From: a virus
IMG/VR virus record: IMGVR_UViG_3300027881_002280
Direction: 5' to 3' (one strand)
DNA length: 33,415 nucleotides
Part shown: piece after piece, positions 9,089 to 17,765 of the stretch
Numbering within the stretch: position 1 is the stretch's first letter
Layout: the number at the start of each line of letters is the position of its first letter
Notes under the pieces: model-generated
What the model was told of the DNA's origin: nothing
What the model saw: only the letters and a program-made list of their open reading frames with translations
The model's database searches: none
Translations under genes and position numbers: made by a program

Positions 9089-9835
9089 ATGAACGTGGTG
9101 GTTCAACTCCACCATTCCCCATCCCAAGAGTTGATAAACATGGTTAGGGTAAAGGTAGACCTAATGGGTGCCGAACCTTACCTGTATATTCGTCCAGAGG
9201 TGATGCTCGCCTTGAAGAGGTTCTTTGCTGGCTCTACGAAAGAGCGGCTATTGTACCTCCATGGTGAGATAGATAATGCGACGAGGCATGGATTTGTGAG
9301 AAACCTCACGATACCACCTCAGACATCAGAGCATTCCTCGGTGGAAATCGACGAAGAACACGACGGCTTCTTCGATTGGCACGACGAATACACCGAGAGG
9401 TGTAAGGAGAATCCCGTCATCGGGATAGCACACTCCTTCTCAGGTGGGGCTCATCACTCGTCACGGGACGAGAACACGGACGCGCTCTTTGGAGAAGAGA
9501 ACGCGGACCGAGGCAACGAATGGTTCTTCAGCATCACTGCGACCTCAGGCAAGAAGACGGGCGGCGACTTCCGGGTCGATGCCATCTTCACTCCCCTCAG
9601 TGAGGCTGTCAAAGAAGTGTTCTTCAATCAACTGGCCATCGAAGAGGTCGGTTGGGGCTACGATGTTGATGAAGAGTTCATCGACGCGATGCTGAAGGAC
9701 GAGGACAGCATGGTAAACGAGAAGGTTTACACGGCTCCCGCCTACCAGAAAGGTGCCGCCCAGCCCCCCAACAACTACCAGAAGAAGGGCAAGGGTAAAG
9801 GTAAGGGAAAGAAAGGGGCTGATAAAAAAAAGTAG
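9089..9835 (+). CDS. JAB/JAMM (Mpr1/Pad1) domain-like protein with Lys/Gly-rich tail; start may be ATG 9140
   Basis: ERLLYLHGEID...VRNLTIPPQTSEHSSVEIDEEH...VIGIAHSFSGGAHHSSRDENTD aligns by eye with the JAB fold and its H-S-H-P...SxxD signature, with the second His replaced. Confidence 0.6.
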   Translation: MNVVVQLHHSPSQELINMVRVKVDLMGAEPYLYIRPEVMLALKRFFAGSTKERLLYLHGEIDNATRHGFVRNLTIPPQTSEHSSVEIDEEHDGFFDWHDEYTERCKENPVIGIAHSFSGGAHHSSRDENTDALFGEENADRGNEWFFSITATSGKKTGGDFRVDAIFTPLSEAVKEVFFNQLAIEEVGWGYDVDEEFIDAMLKDEDSMVNEKVYTAPAYQKGAAQPPNNYQKKGKGKGKGKKGADKKK

Positions 9836-10532
9836 AGTTGGAGGAGGGCCAGAAAGAGAACCTGACTGGTCTTCGGGCCCTCATGGGACTTCCTCCAACA
9901 ACACCGGACACGACAGACCTGATGAACTGGACGTAACCTGGGCACTCAACCCTGAGTCCCAGTGCCACGAGCGCATGCTCGGTGGGCGTCGGTTCGTGTG
10001 GGTCAACGGGGCGATGTTGTCATTCGACCAGGATGATGACACCTACATGGAAACGGTCTGGGATGCTCTCGACCCAAAGTCAACGCAGTCTTCTTTGGAC
10101 TCGTTGACTAAGTGGGAAAAAAACAGGAGTTACAGAGAGAAACCCAGCCCAGAGCTCTTCCCTGGTGGGTGTCCACCATTAGATGACCCTGATTGGTACT
10201 ATGATAAGGACACCTCCTTCTACAGGCAGGACGAGGCGGAGTCCTGTCTCGTCTATGTGGACGGCGACTACATGTCGTTCACTAAGGAAGAGATAGAGAG
10301 TGGCTCTATGGCAGAGGAACTCGCAGAAATCCAAGATAAAGCCATCAAGGAGTGGGAAGCGACCCTCATGGCCAAACAGGAGGACGAAGCCCGAGAGTAC
10401 TACAACATGTGGGGCCTCGACTACGACGATGATGACGACGTATACACCCAATACTACGGTGTTCAAGAGGGTGGATACGACGTTAACGAAGACCTCGAAG
10501 GGATGAGTGACTCACCTCTGGAGGACAAGTGA
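9753..10532 (+). CDS. Acidic Asp/Glu/Tyr-rich hypothetical protein between JAB-like and E1-like genes; true start unclear (ATG 9975 possible)
   Basis: Open frame; C-terminal half strongly acidic; no recognised domain. Confidence 0.6.
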   Translation: MPPSPPTTTRRRARVKVRERKGLIKKSRVGGGPEREPDWSSGPHGTSSNNTGHDRPDELDVTWALNPESQCHERMLGGRRFVWVNGAMLSFDQDDDTYMETVWDALDPKSTQSSLDSLTKWEKNRSYREKPSPELFPGGCPPLDDPDWYYDKDTSFYRQDEAESCLVYVDGDYMSFTKEEIESGSMAEELAEIQDKAIKEWEATLMAKQEDEAREYYNMWGLDYDDDDDVYTQYYGVQEGGYDVNEDLEGMSDSPLEDK

Positions 10533-11291
10533 ATGGACCTTAGCAGACAAGGCGAACTATTGAAGCGTCCCTGTCCACCGGTGACGGTGGTTGGGGCTGG
10601 GGCAACCGGCTTCCACGTCGCCCATCTGCTGCTAGGTTTGGGATGCCCCCGTATTAAGATATGGGACCACGACACAATCGAAGAGAGCAACCTGAACAGG
10701 CAGCTGTATGGCATGGAAGGTATCGGGGAGAACAAGGCCGACTACCTGGTCAGACTGCTTGAAAGGGCGGCGCTGGGCTCCGAGGAGGAGCAACAGTTCA
10801 TCGCCGAGCCGAGGGCATTGGAGGTATACACCTGCACCCCAGAGGACTTCGCTGGTTACCATGTGGTAATCAACACCACGGATAACCTCTATCACCACGG
10901 CGCTCTCCTCAAGAAGATGGGCATCTGGCTAGACGAGGGGAAGACCAACCTCATGGAGGTCGTATACATCAGCCCCAGGATGTCAGCGTTCGACGCTGAG
11001 GTGTTCACCATGCAGTTGGAGATACCCAACGACTACGTGTACTTCCACACCCTTGAGGAGTGGAAGGAGTTGGAACGTGGTAGGGCCTCTTGCACTGCTG
11101 GAGCCCGTCCATTCAACCCGGCGATTGTCACGACCTCTTACCTGGTCTCCACCATGGCAGTCCAGCAACTGGTCAATCACCTGAACAACGAGCCTGTAGC
11201 CCAGTGGCTGCGGATGGACCTTGAGACCTTCAAGGTGGAGTCTCGGGAGTTCTTCGAGACCAGCGGACCAGAGGGGTGGTTGTATCACTAA
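10533..11291 (+). CDS. E1/ThiF/MoeB-superfamily adenylating enzyme
   Basis: VVGAGATGFHVAHLLLGLG (GxGxxG), D-H-D-TIEESNLNRQLYG, K in GENKADYL, IWLDEG, RASCTAGARPFNPAI (candidate catalytic Cys). Confidence 0.9.
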   Translation: MDLSRQGELLKRPCPPVTVVGAGATGFHVAHLLLGLGCPRIKIWDHDTIEESNLNRQLYGMEGIGENKADYLVRLLERAALGSEEEQQFIAEPRALEVYTCTPEDFAGYHVVINTTDNLYHHGALLKKMGIWLDEGKTNLMEVVYISPRMSAFDAEVFTMQLEIPNDYVYFHTLEEWKELERGRASCTAGARPFNPAIVTTSYLVSTMAVQQLVNHLNNEPVAQWLRMDLETFKVESREFFETSGPEGWLYH

Positions 11292-13689
11292 TACACTCGC
11301 AGCCAAGACAGCGGCACTCCAGTACATCGGAGGGCATGAGATAAGGGTGACCCAGACTGCTGGCAGGGAAGCCACTGGACTCACCTTCTACAACAGGCAT
11401 GACGATGGTGTAGACAACAAAGATGGCCTCGAAGCGCTGAAGGCTGCTGTGAACCTCGCTAGTGGTGGAGACAACACCGCCTTCATCTACTACCTGGAGG
11501 GCGACAGGATAAAGGTCTGCGCTGTCCAGAGTGGGTGGGTGGCCGCCAGCGCTGGTATATCATCCTCCTGGCTTGGAGCAACACCACTGGGCTCGATTGA
11601 CTACAACAGGTACTGGTTCGTGGTAGACCTCTCAGAGAACTACGGTTCATCCTTCATACACTACAAGAACCCACCCGCTGTAGCAGCCAGGTCGTCAGTC
11701 ATCAAGAAGAGCGGTAATGGTTCAATCACTGCCAAGATGGGACAAAACGGCATCAAGAACACGGATGGAGTATTTGACGATGCAACAGTCTTCAGCCTCG
11801 ACTGGGTGAAGAGACTACTGTCCGACGAGTGTGTCCCACTAGCAGTGGTGGCGGGGTTCACTGACTTTGGTCAGGTGTCTCGGAACACCGGCGCTCTTGC
11901 TGCGTGGTTGAACAACGGGGTAAAGACTGTCAGAGCAGCCTTCCCTACGATATGCTTCAAGTATGGGACCAACGGGTCATCATCTTCACGCAAGTTCATC
12001 AGTACCAACTTCACTCCAGGGGAAGCCACCACCATCATAAATGACAACCCCAACTGGACCTTGATATGGTATAACACCTTCGTTGGTATCTCCGGGCATC
12101 AGACTGGAGGAACTGGGAAACTATTCTTGGGAACTGGTGGTGTTGTGGTGATTGGTACTGGTGTCGAGGGAAGACACAGAACCATCAATAAGTACGTCAC
12201 CATGGAGAATGAGTGCGCTGTGCTGAGACTTCACGGTAAGAAGTGGGATAACCGTGGAGGTCCTTCAGACGAGAGAACATTGGATGCCTTCCTGTCAGAT
12301 AATATCAGAGGGATGACACAAGGCGGACAGCGCCCACTGACAATCATCAACAGGAATGATGAAATCCTCCTCCACTCCGAGAACACTTCAGTTTGGGTCC
12401 CCGGTCTGGTGGACCCAGACGCAAGCCTTCTTATGGGGTCCATCGCCAAGTTCCGTGAGAGGGCGTGGTTCCTCGCATTCAAGCACAGCACCATGGGACA
12501 GTTACTCACACAGCGTGAAGCCCAGGTCTACATCAAGACCCAGAAGGGCCTCCTCTACGCCCCCATTGCCTCTGTTGACAATGAAGCGGGAACAATTACC
12601 CTATCCATGGGTGAAACGGCGAGGGTATTCAGGGTCGGCAACGTTGGTGAGGACTCATTCAATCACATCAACACCCTGATAGAGAGCAGGGGTAAGAACC
12701 TGATGAAGGAGATGAAGGTGGACGGCATCAAGGACCACCTGTATCGGGCACTCAGCAAGAGGGCTGACAAGAGGGCGAAGGATGAACTGGCGAAGATAAA
12801 GTCACAACTGGACCTCGGTAGTAGCAAGAACGTTGGCTCGTTGTTCGGTAACACCAGTGGTGAGAAGATATGGGGAGGGGTAGGCGAAATGTTCGCTGTT
12901 GAACTCTTCCAGTCTCTCGGTCCCCCAGACTGGGGCTGCTCTGTCGTTGACGGACACATCTTCTGGTTCAAGGATAAACTACGATACGTCAACCGCAACA
13001 GCGGTGACAAGATGAGCGCCAGGCAGAACAGAGAAGGTGCGTTCGTTAGGTACGAAACACCATTCAACCAACTCATCACCCTCAGCAGGACTCCTCGTGG
13101 ATGGGGTATAATGACCAGGTTCTGGGGGGTGGGACTGCACCCAAACGTCTCTGGTGAGAAGAAGAGTCAAGGTCTCTGTCATGGGGCAGTAGAGTGTTCC
13201 GTCCTGGCAGAAGACAAGAGAGGGATGAACCTCATAAAGGACTACAATAAGCGCAACGGCACCTTCGACCTGATGGAGGCGCTGAAGGTTGTCAACTACG
13301 CGGCTCAACTCCTTGAGGCGTCAGTAGTAGCTGGAGACAGTGGCGCTGGTTACAACGCACTCAACATCCAGGATGCCAACGGCAAAAGGATGCTCCCCCT
13401 CATGAAGTGGAATGCATTCGATACTGAGAGTCAGCCGGAAGACGACAGGAAGAGAATGGAGCAGGCATACAAGGGTGCTGGCAGGAAGATGGTGTGGGCC
13501 ATGCTTCCAGACCTGGAGGCGCTAGCAACCAAGTGCCTGAACAGCAAGTGGTTCTGGGAACCTTCGAAGGCTTCTAAGAAGAAGAAGAAGGCCAAGGATG
13601 GACCGGCCCTGAAGCAGGTGGCAGAGGATTTTCGCGGACGGGTTCCACCCCCGCGAGACTCAGCAACGCTAGAGGATATACTTGGATAA
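11221..13689 (+). CDS. Large protein (about 800 aa) with E2-like motif; track start TTG 11221, more likely start ATC 11284
   Basis: TPRGWGIMTRFWGVGLHPNVSGEKKSQGLCHGAVECSVLAED resembles the E2/UBC HPNv..dG.iCl active-site block; N-terminal region unassigned; immediately follows the E1 gene. Confidence 0.85.
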   Translation: MRPSRWSLGSSSRPADQRGGCITNTLAAKTAALQYIGGHEIRVTQTAGREATGLTFYNRHDDGVDNKDGLEALKAAVNLASGGDNTAFIYYLEGDRIKVCAVQSGWVAASAGISSSWLGATPLGSIDYNRYWFVVDLSENYGSSFIHYKNPPAVAARSSVIKKSGNGSITAKMGQNGIKNTDGVFDDATVFSLDWVKRLLSDECVPLAVVAGFTDFGQVSRNTGALAAWLNNGVKTVRAAFPTICFKYGTNGSSSSRKFISTNFTPGEATTIINDNPNWTLIWYNTFVGISGHQTGGTGKLFLGTGGVVVIGTGVEGRHRTINKYVTMENECAVLRLHGKKWDNRGGPSDERTLDAFLSDNIRGMTQGGQRPLTIINRNDEILLHSENTSVWVPGLVDPDASLLMGSIAKFRERAWFLAFKHSTMGQLLTQREAQVYIKTQKGLLYAPIASVDNEAGTITLSMGETARVFRVGNVGEDSFNHINTLIESRGKNLMKEMKVDGIKDHLYRALSKRADKRAKDELAKIKSQLDLGSSKNVGSLFGNTSGEKIWGGVGEMFAVELFQSLGPPDWGCSVVDGHIFWFKDKLRYVNRNSGDKMSARQNREGAFVRYETPFNQLITLSRTPRGWGIMTRFWGVGLHPNVSGEKKSQGLCHGAVECSVLAEDKRGMNLIKDYNKRNGTFDLMEALKVVNYAAQLLEASVVAGDSGAGYNALNIQDANGKRMLPLMKWNAFDTESQPEDDRKRMEQAYKGAGRKMVWAMLPDLEALATKCLNSKWFWEPSKASKKKKKAKDGPALKQVAEDFRGRVPPPRDSATLEDILG

Positions 13690-13752
13690 CCTCAAACAGC
13701 ACGACGAGCGCAACTGTGGCCAGTTGTACCTATTACTACGTGAGGCAATAAG

Positions 13753-14724
13753 ATGATACCCGACTTCAAGAGGCGGAACGTGAAGAAGAACAAGGCTAGG
13801 TTGTGGCCGCAAAGCCCAATCACTCCGCAGATGATGACCAGGCATCTAGCTGCGGCACATGGAGGGAAGCGGTCTCCAGAGCCGAAGGCTGGTGAGTATG
13901 GAAGTAGGTTCTTCATCCACATTGAGAACTTCAAGGGTAACTCACAAATCAATGATAGCACCATCACTGACTCGTTCCTCAGGCTCAAGGATGAGTGGAA
14001 GACGGACCTCATGGAGTTAATCAGGGAAGGCCCCGATATCACCACTGAGTGTCCTTGGTGTGGAGCAGAGAACGGCTTCAACTCTGTGGTCATAGGGATA
14101 GTCATCAGCGGTGGGCACAGCATCCCGGACGAGATGTTCATCTGTGACTCGTGCATGGAACCCATGGGGAGACATGGCCTATGGATACGTTCTGCACTTA
14201 GGAACACCAGCGGGTACCCCACTGACGCTATAAGAGATATGGTCGGTATGTTCGCATACCCCATCAAGGACATGGAAGGGAACCTCCACGGTATGCCATT
14301 CCACAAGGGCCTCTACAAGAACGCTAACTGGAGGCAGTCAGAGCACTGGGGCAAGACAGTCGGCAGGATTGATGCGAAGTCTGTGAGGGCGTTCGCTACT
14401 GGCGAGAGTGTCTTCGACAGTGAGTCTGATATGAACAGGTACCTGTACATGGAAGCAACAGGTGAAAAGGGTGAAGGTTATATAGTAAGACCGTACCGCG
14501 ACATCCCCATAGACGAGCATCTGAGGCTGCTTGGCGTTGCATGGAAAAGGAAGTACATCTACGCCGGTCTCGTGAGACACGCTGATATGGCTCGGAGACG
14601 TGGAAAGAATGTGCAGGCTTACTACTCGCTACTTATACGACCTACGGCCAAGCACAAGAAATATATAGTCATAAGACAAACACAATCACCACTAGCATAC
14701 GAATGGATGGAGAAACTTGAGTGA
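13753..14724 (+). CDS. Hypothetical protein with zinc knuckles (CPWCGAEN...CDSCMEPMG)
   Basis: Long open frame, paired CxxC. Confidence 0.8.
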   Translation: MIPDFKRRNVKKNKARLWPQSPITPQMMTRHLAAAHGGKRSPEPKAGEYGSRFFIHIENFKGNSQINDSTITDSFLRLKDEWKTDLMELIREGPDITTECPWCGAENGFNSVVIGIVISGGHSIPDEMFICDSCMEPMGRHGLWIRSALRNTSGYPTDAIRDMVGMFAYPIKDMEGNLHGMPFHKGLYKNANWRQSEHWGKTVGRIDAKSVRAFATGESVFDSESDMNRYLYMEATGEKGEGYIVRPYRDIPIDEHLRLLGVAWKRKYIYAGLVRHADMARRRGKNVQAYYSLLIRPTAKHKKYIVIRQTQSPLAYEWMEKLE

Positions 14725-15664
14725 GTCAGAAGTGCCAAAGTTAGAGGATTACAAGCTCGATGAGAGAGAGCCGAAGTTCAGGAAGTTCCCTGAGCTGATA
14801 CGTCTCATAGACCATCGAGCGGAGAATCCCCGACTTTCTGAACGAGCGAGATATGCTCATTATGCCAGCGACACCGCTAAGTGCATGAGAGAGCAATACT
14901 TGGGACGGATTGGAATCGTTGCTACTAACCCCATGGCTGACACCGTAAGACGCCAGGGAAAGGCAGGTCTTCTATACGAGGAGTGGTATAGGGAAGACAT
15001 CAAGAGGGCTGGCCTCTGGGCCGGGGAGGAGGTGTCTCTAAGGACACATGCCCCTGAGGTATCAGTCAGGATGGATGTTCTCTTCGACATGAGAGTGCTG
15101 CGAGCACTGTTCAACCACCACCGCATAGAGCTGGGCCTCATGAGAGGTCTACCTGACGGCGACGAGCCTATTGCACCTTGTGAGATTAAGTCGGTCCGAA
15201 CGTTTGCCTTCAATGGCAACAAGACCTTCCACGGTTACAAGGATAAGCCGATGTGGGCCCACTACTGCCAGACGCAGTTGTATATACATATGATGGGGCT
15301 GGACTACGGCTTCATGACCTACATCAACAGAGAGGACGCCGAAAAGAGCGCTCACATCGTCTATAAGGACGAAGAGCTGTGCGCCCTACTGGAGTTGCGT
15401 CAGAACACCCTCGACTGGTTCCTGGAGAACAGTATTGTCCCTGAACGTGAGGGGGACATCGAATTCGGGTCCAGAGGTGGGTTGAAGACAAGCCGCAGGT
15501 GTGGTATCTGCGATTACGTCTACTACGACTTCTTCGACGAGATTATGGCCAAGGGTACTGTAGCAGAGAGGAAGAAGATGTTCAGGGCCCTTGAGGACCA
15601 CCCGGTGGAGCAACTCACTGAGAACATGAAGAAGGCGATGGGGATAAAGGATGGGGACGAGTAG
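14717..15664 (+). CDS. PD-(D/E)XK nuclease, Cas4/RecB-like
   Basis: AKCMREQYLGRIG, RMDVLFDMRVL, CEIKSVRTF, WAHYCQTQLYIHMMGL, terminal CGICDY. Confidence 0.8.
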   Translation: MSESEVPKLEDYKLDEREPKFRKFPELIRLIDHRAENPRLSERARYAHYASDTAKCMREQYLGRIGIVATNPMADTVRRQGKAGLLYEEWYREDIKRAGLWAGEEVSLRTHAPEVSVRMDVLFDMRVLRALFNHHRIELGLMRGLPDGDEPIAPCEIKSVRTFAFNGNKTFHGYKDKPMWAHYCQTQLYIHMMGLDYGFMTYINREDAEKSAHIVYKDEELCALLELRQNTLDWFLENSIVPEREGDIEFGSRGGLKTSRRCGICDYVYYDFFDEIMAKGTVAERKKMFRALEDHPVEQLTENMKKAMGIKDGDE

Positions 15665-15778
15665 CGAAGTTCGAAGGAAGCGCATCTGGAAGAAGAGGGA
15701 GAAGCAGAAGCGTCGAACAGCCTTAAAGCAAAAGGCTAGAATTTCGAAAATTGATTAAAAATTTTAAGAGGCGAAACG

Positions 15779-16273
15779 ATGGCTGACCCAACTGTGGAGT
15801 TTATGAACTCAATGAAAAATTTGCTCCTCAACTGGAAGGAGGCGGTTGAGGCTGCGTACATCGCTCAAGTGTCCAACCCTGGTATACAGCGCTTAAACTG
15901 CCCTGCTATACCGTGTCGTGCTACTGAGTGGAAGAAGGTTGAGGTGGCAGCGATGACTGACATCAGCGTCCTTGCCATCCAGTTTCAGAATCAAATCACT
16001 CAGAGAGACACCGAGAGTAGAGATGATGGAGACCGCGAGGAGTATGACAGTGGGTATGACGACGGGCGTGATACCATGTATGAAGAACTCCAGCCGGACG
16101 TAGACAGGTTGGAGGGTCAACTGGAGGACATGACCAGCGAGAGGAACCGGTTGCAGATAGACCTCGACAACGTCAACGGTGAGATGGCGAGCAAGATACG
16201 GGAAGTGGAGGAGTTGGAGACAATGGTTGGCAACCTGGGGGGTGAGTTGAGTGAATGCCAAGAGAAAGTGTAG
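15779..16273 (+). CDS. Coiled-coil hypothetical protein
   Basis: ATG after GAGG; long heptad-like region LEGQLEDMTSERNRLQIDLDNVNGEM. Confidence 0.7.
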   Translation: MADPTVEFMNSMKNLLLNWKEAVEAAYIAQVSNPGIQRLNCPAIPCRATEWKKVEVAAMTDISVLAIQFQNQITQRDTESRDDGDREEYDSGYDDGRDTMYEELQPDVDRLEGQLEDMTSERNRLQIDLDNVNGEMASKIREVEELETMVGNLGGELSECQEKV

Positions 16274-16394
16274 GTGTGGCAGACCCCTCATGGACAATGA
16301 GAACCGAGCATGCCGTCGCTGCATCCAGATGGTCCTGGAAGAAGACAGCAGGCAGCACACCCTTAACGATTACCTGAATAGAGAGTCACCCTGA
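16251..16394 (+). CDS. Small Cys-rich protein (V/M)NAKRKCRCGRPLMDNENRACRRCIQMVLEED...
   Basis: CRCG/CRRC knuckles; GTG start inside the 3' end of the preceding CDS. Confidence 0.5.
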   Translation: MNAKRKCRCGRPLMDNENRACRRCIQMVLEEDSRQHTLNDYLNRESP

Positions 16395-16560
16395 GACCGT
16401 TGGTGTCCACCGTGGACGTGCTACGTTACCGACCGCTCCCGTCGAAGGCGACGGCCCGAGGGACCGGCAGAACATGTCACTGTTACCTAGGCAATGGCGA
16501 CAGGTCGTTGACGGAGACCTGAGCATGGACGCGTGAGTACTGCGGCAGGACAGTGATAAA

Positions 16561-16749
16561 ATGGACTACGAAGGCGAAGAGGAACTATCTGAATATCAGA
16601 TATCTATAATCAAACGGAAGTGTATGCTACACATCGAGATGTCCGCCAACAAGACGGACACCGAAGAGATACTAGCATACCTGAAGAATAAGGGCTACAT
16701 CTATCTGTTCATTCAGAAGGACCCGACTGGTAAGGAGTTAATTATTTGA
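16561..16749 (+). CDS. Small hypothetical protein MDYEGEEELSEYQISIIKRK...
   Basis: Open frame, TTGA overlap with the next gene. Confidence 0.55.
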   Translation: MDYEGEEELSEYQISIIKRKCMLHIEMSANKTDTEEILAYLKNKGYIYLFIQKDPTGKELII

Positions 16750-17480
16750 GCCTGGATTATGTATCCGTGTTGGCTGGTGGCGAGTGCGACCCGACCAACA
16801 CCTGTTACCCCTTATGTGTGGGGAGGAAGACGGCGGCCAAGATACCGGCACACTTCGCCGATAGGGATGTTATCTACGAGTTCCTGAAGTTGTACCGTCA
16901 TACATGCAGTAAGCTCAGCATTTCTGGGAGTAGTTCAGACCCGATGCTTGTTCCCAGGCAGAGGTTGGCTGAGGTTATCGCTATGGGTCATGGACTGCGT
17001 TACAAGAGGATAACCCTTCACACCTGTCTTGAGAACATCAACCTGGACATGGACCTCGGGTACCTCAAGTGGGTGCATGGAATAGTAGTCAGTGTTCACA
17101 GTGACTCAGACTCCACCATATGGAAAGTGAATAAACTCTGGGAGTTGATGCCCTCCCCCCACGATGTAAGGTTCTCATTCATAGCACACAGTGGAAACGT
17201 CGAGAAGTTCAACAGCGTTGACTTCTGGAGTCGTTTCCCTCCCGCCGAGTTCACCATCAGGAAGAACGTCTTCGAGCCCAGCATCGAGGTCGTGCTTCCC
17301 AACAAGAGACCGAGTGTCCTCAGGGTGTACAACCAGAAGAGTGTTCGTGTCTACGCTGGTGGTATGAAGCAGGACATTGTAGTGTGGGACTACAAGGATG
17401 CGAACAAACACATCGAGGCACGGTACCTCTGGCCTAACGGAGAGATAAAGAGACAGTGCTACTGGGGTGAACTACACTGA
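16746..17480 (+). CDS. Hypothetical protein, possibly a degenerate radical-SAM-like fold
   Basis: GGECDPTNTCYPLCVG near the N-terminus, ISGSSSDPML, and YLWPNGEIKRQCYW at the C-terminus; canonical CxxxCxxC is absent. Confidence 0.7.
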   Translation: MSLDYVSVLAGGECDPTNTCYPLCVGRKTAAKIPAHFADRDVIYEFLKLYRHTCSKLSISGSSSDPMLVPRQRLAEVIAMGHGLRYKRITLHTCLENINLDMDLGYLKWVHGIVVSVHSDSDSTIWKVNKLWELMPSPHDVRFSFIAHSGNVEKFNSVDFWSRFPPAEFTIRKNVFEPSIEVVLPNKRPSVLRVYNQKSVRVYAGGMKQDIVVWDYKDANKHIEARYLWPNGEIKRQCYWGELH

Positions 17481-17635
17481 CCCATGTAATCTGTGTAGCT
17501 GACTGCGCCCACAACAGAGGAGAGGGGTGCGCCCTAGCATACGTTGAGATACGATTCACCTACTGCCTGGACGGTCCGGTATGCATGTACTACGACCCAA
17601 GGGAAGATTTAAATACCCCCGCACCTATGGGGTAG
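17477..17635 (+). CDS. 52-aa Cys-rich protein (L/M)THVICVADCAHNRGEGCALAYVEI...GPVCMYYD
   Basis: Cysteine spacing recalls DUF1540-like small proteins; CTG start overlaps upstream TGA. Confidence 0.4.
   Translation: MTHVICVADCAHNRGEGCALAYVEIRFTYCLDGPVCMYYDPREDLNTPAPMG
17608..17615 (+). promoter_or_regulatory. Archaeal TATA-box-like element TTTAAATA
   Basis: Lies about 29 nt before ATG 17637, the spacing expected for a leaderless archaeal transcript. Confidence 0.5.
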
Positions 17636-17636
17636 T

Positions 17637-17756
17637 ATGACAGTATTAGTCCCTCTTGCAGGGAACCCCCCTAGTTGGGTGTGTCCAGTATGCGGACAGA
17701 AGAACAAGGTGTGGCGCTCGCAGTGTGTTCATTGCTTCGCACCAAAAACCGATTAA
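17637..17756 (+). CDS. 39-aa RanBP2-like zinc finger MTVLVPLAGNPPSWVCPVCGQKNKVWRSQCVHCFAPKTD
   Basis: WVCPVCGxxN...CVHC pattern; ATG downstream of a TATA-like element. Confidence 0.65.
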   Translation: MTVLVPLAGNPPSWVCPVCGQKNKVWRSQCVHCFAPKTD

Positions 17757-17765
17757 TGAGGCACC

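Noticed and set aside
13692-14306. 204-aa minus-strand ORF
   Set aside because: It lies fully antisense to the well-supported 13753-14724 CDS and has low-complexity composition.
14717-15664. Cas4 as part of a CRISPR system
   Set aside because: No cas1, cas2 or repeat array nearby; better treated as a viral PD-(D/E)XK recombination or replication nuclease.
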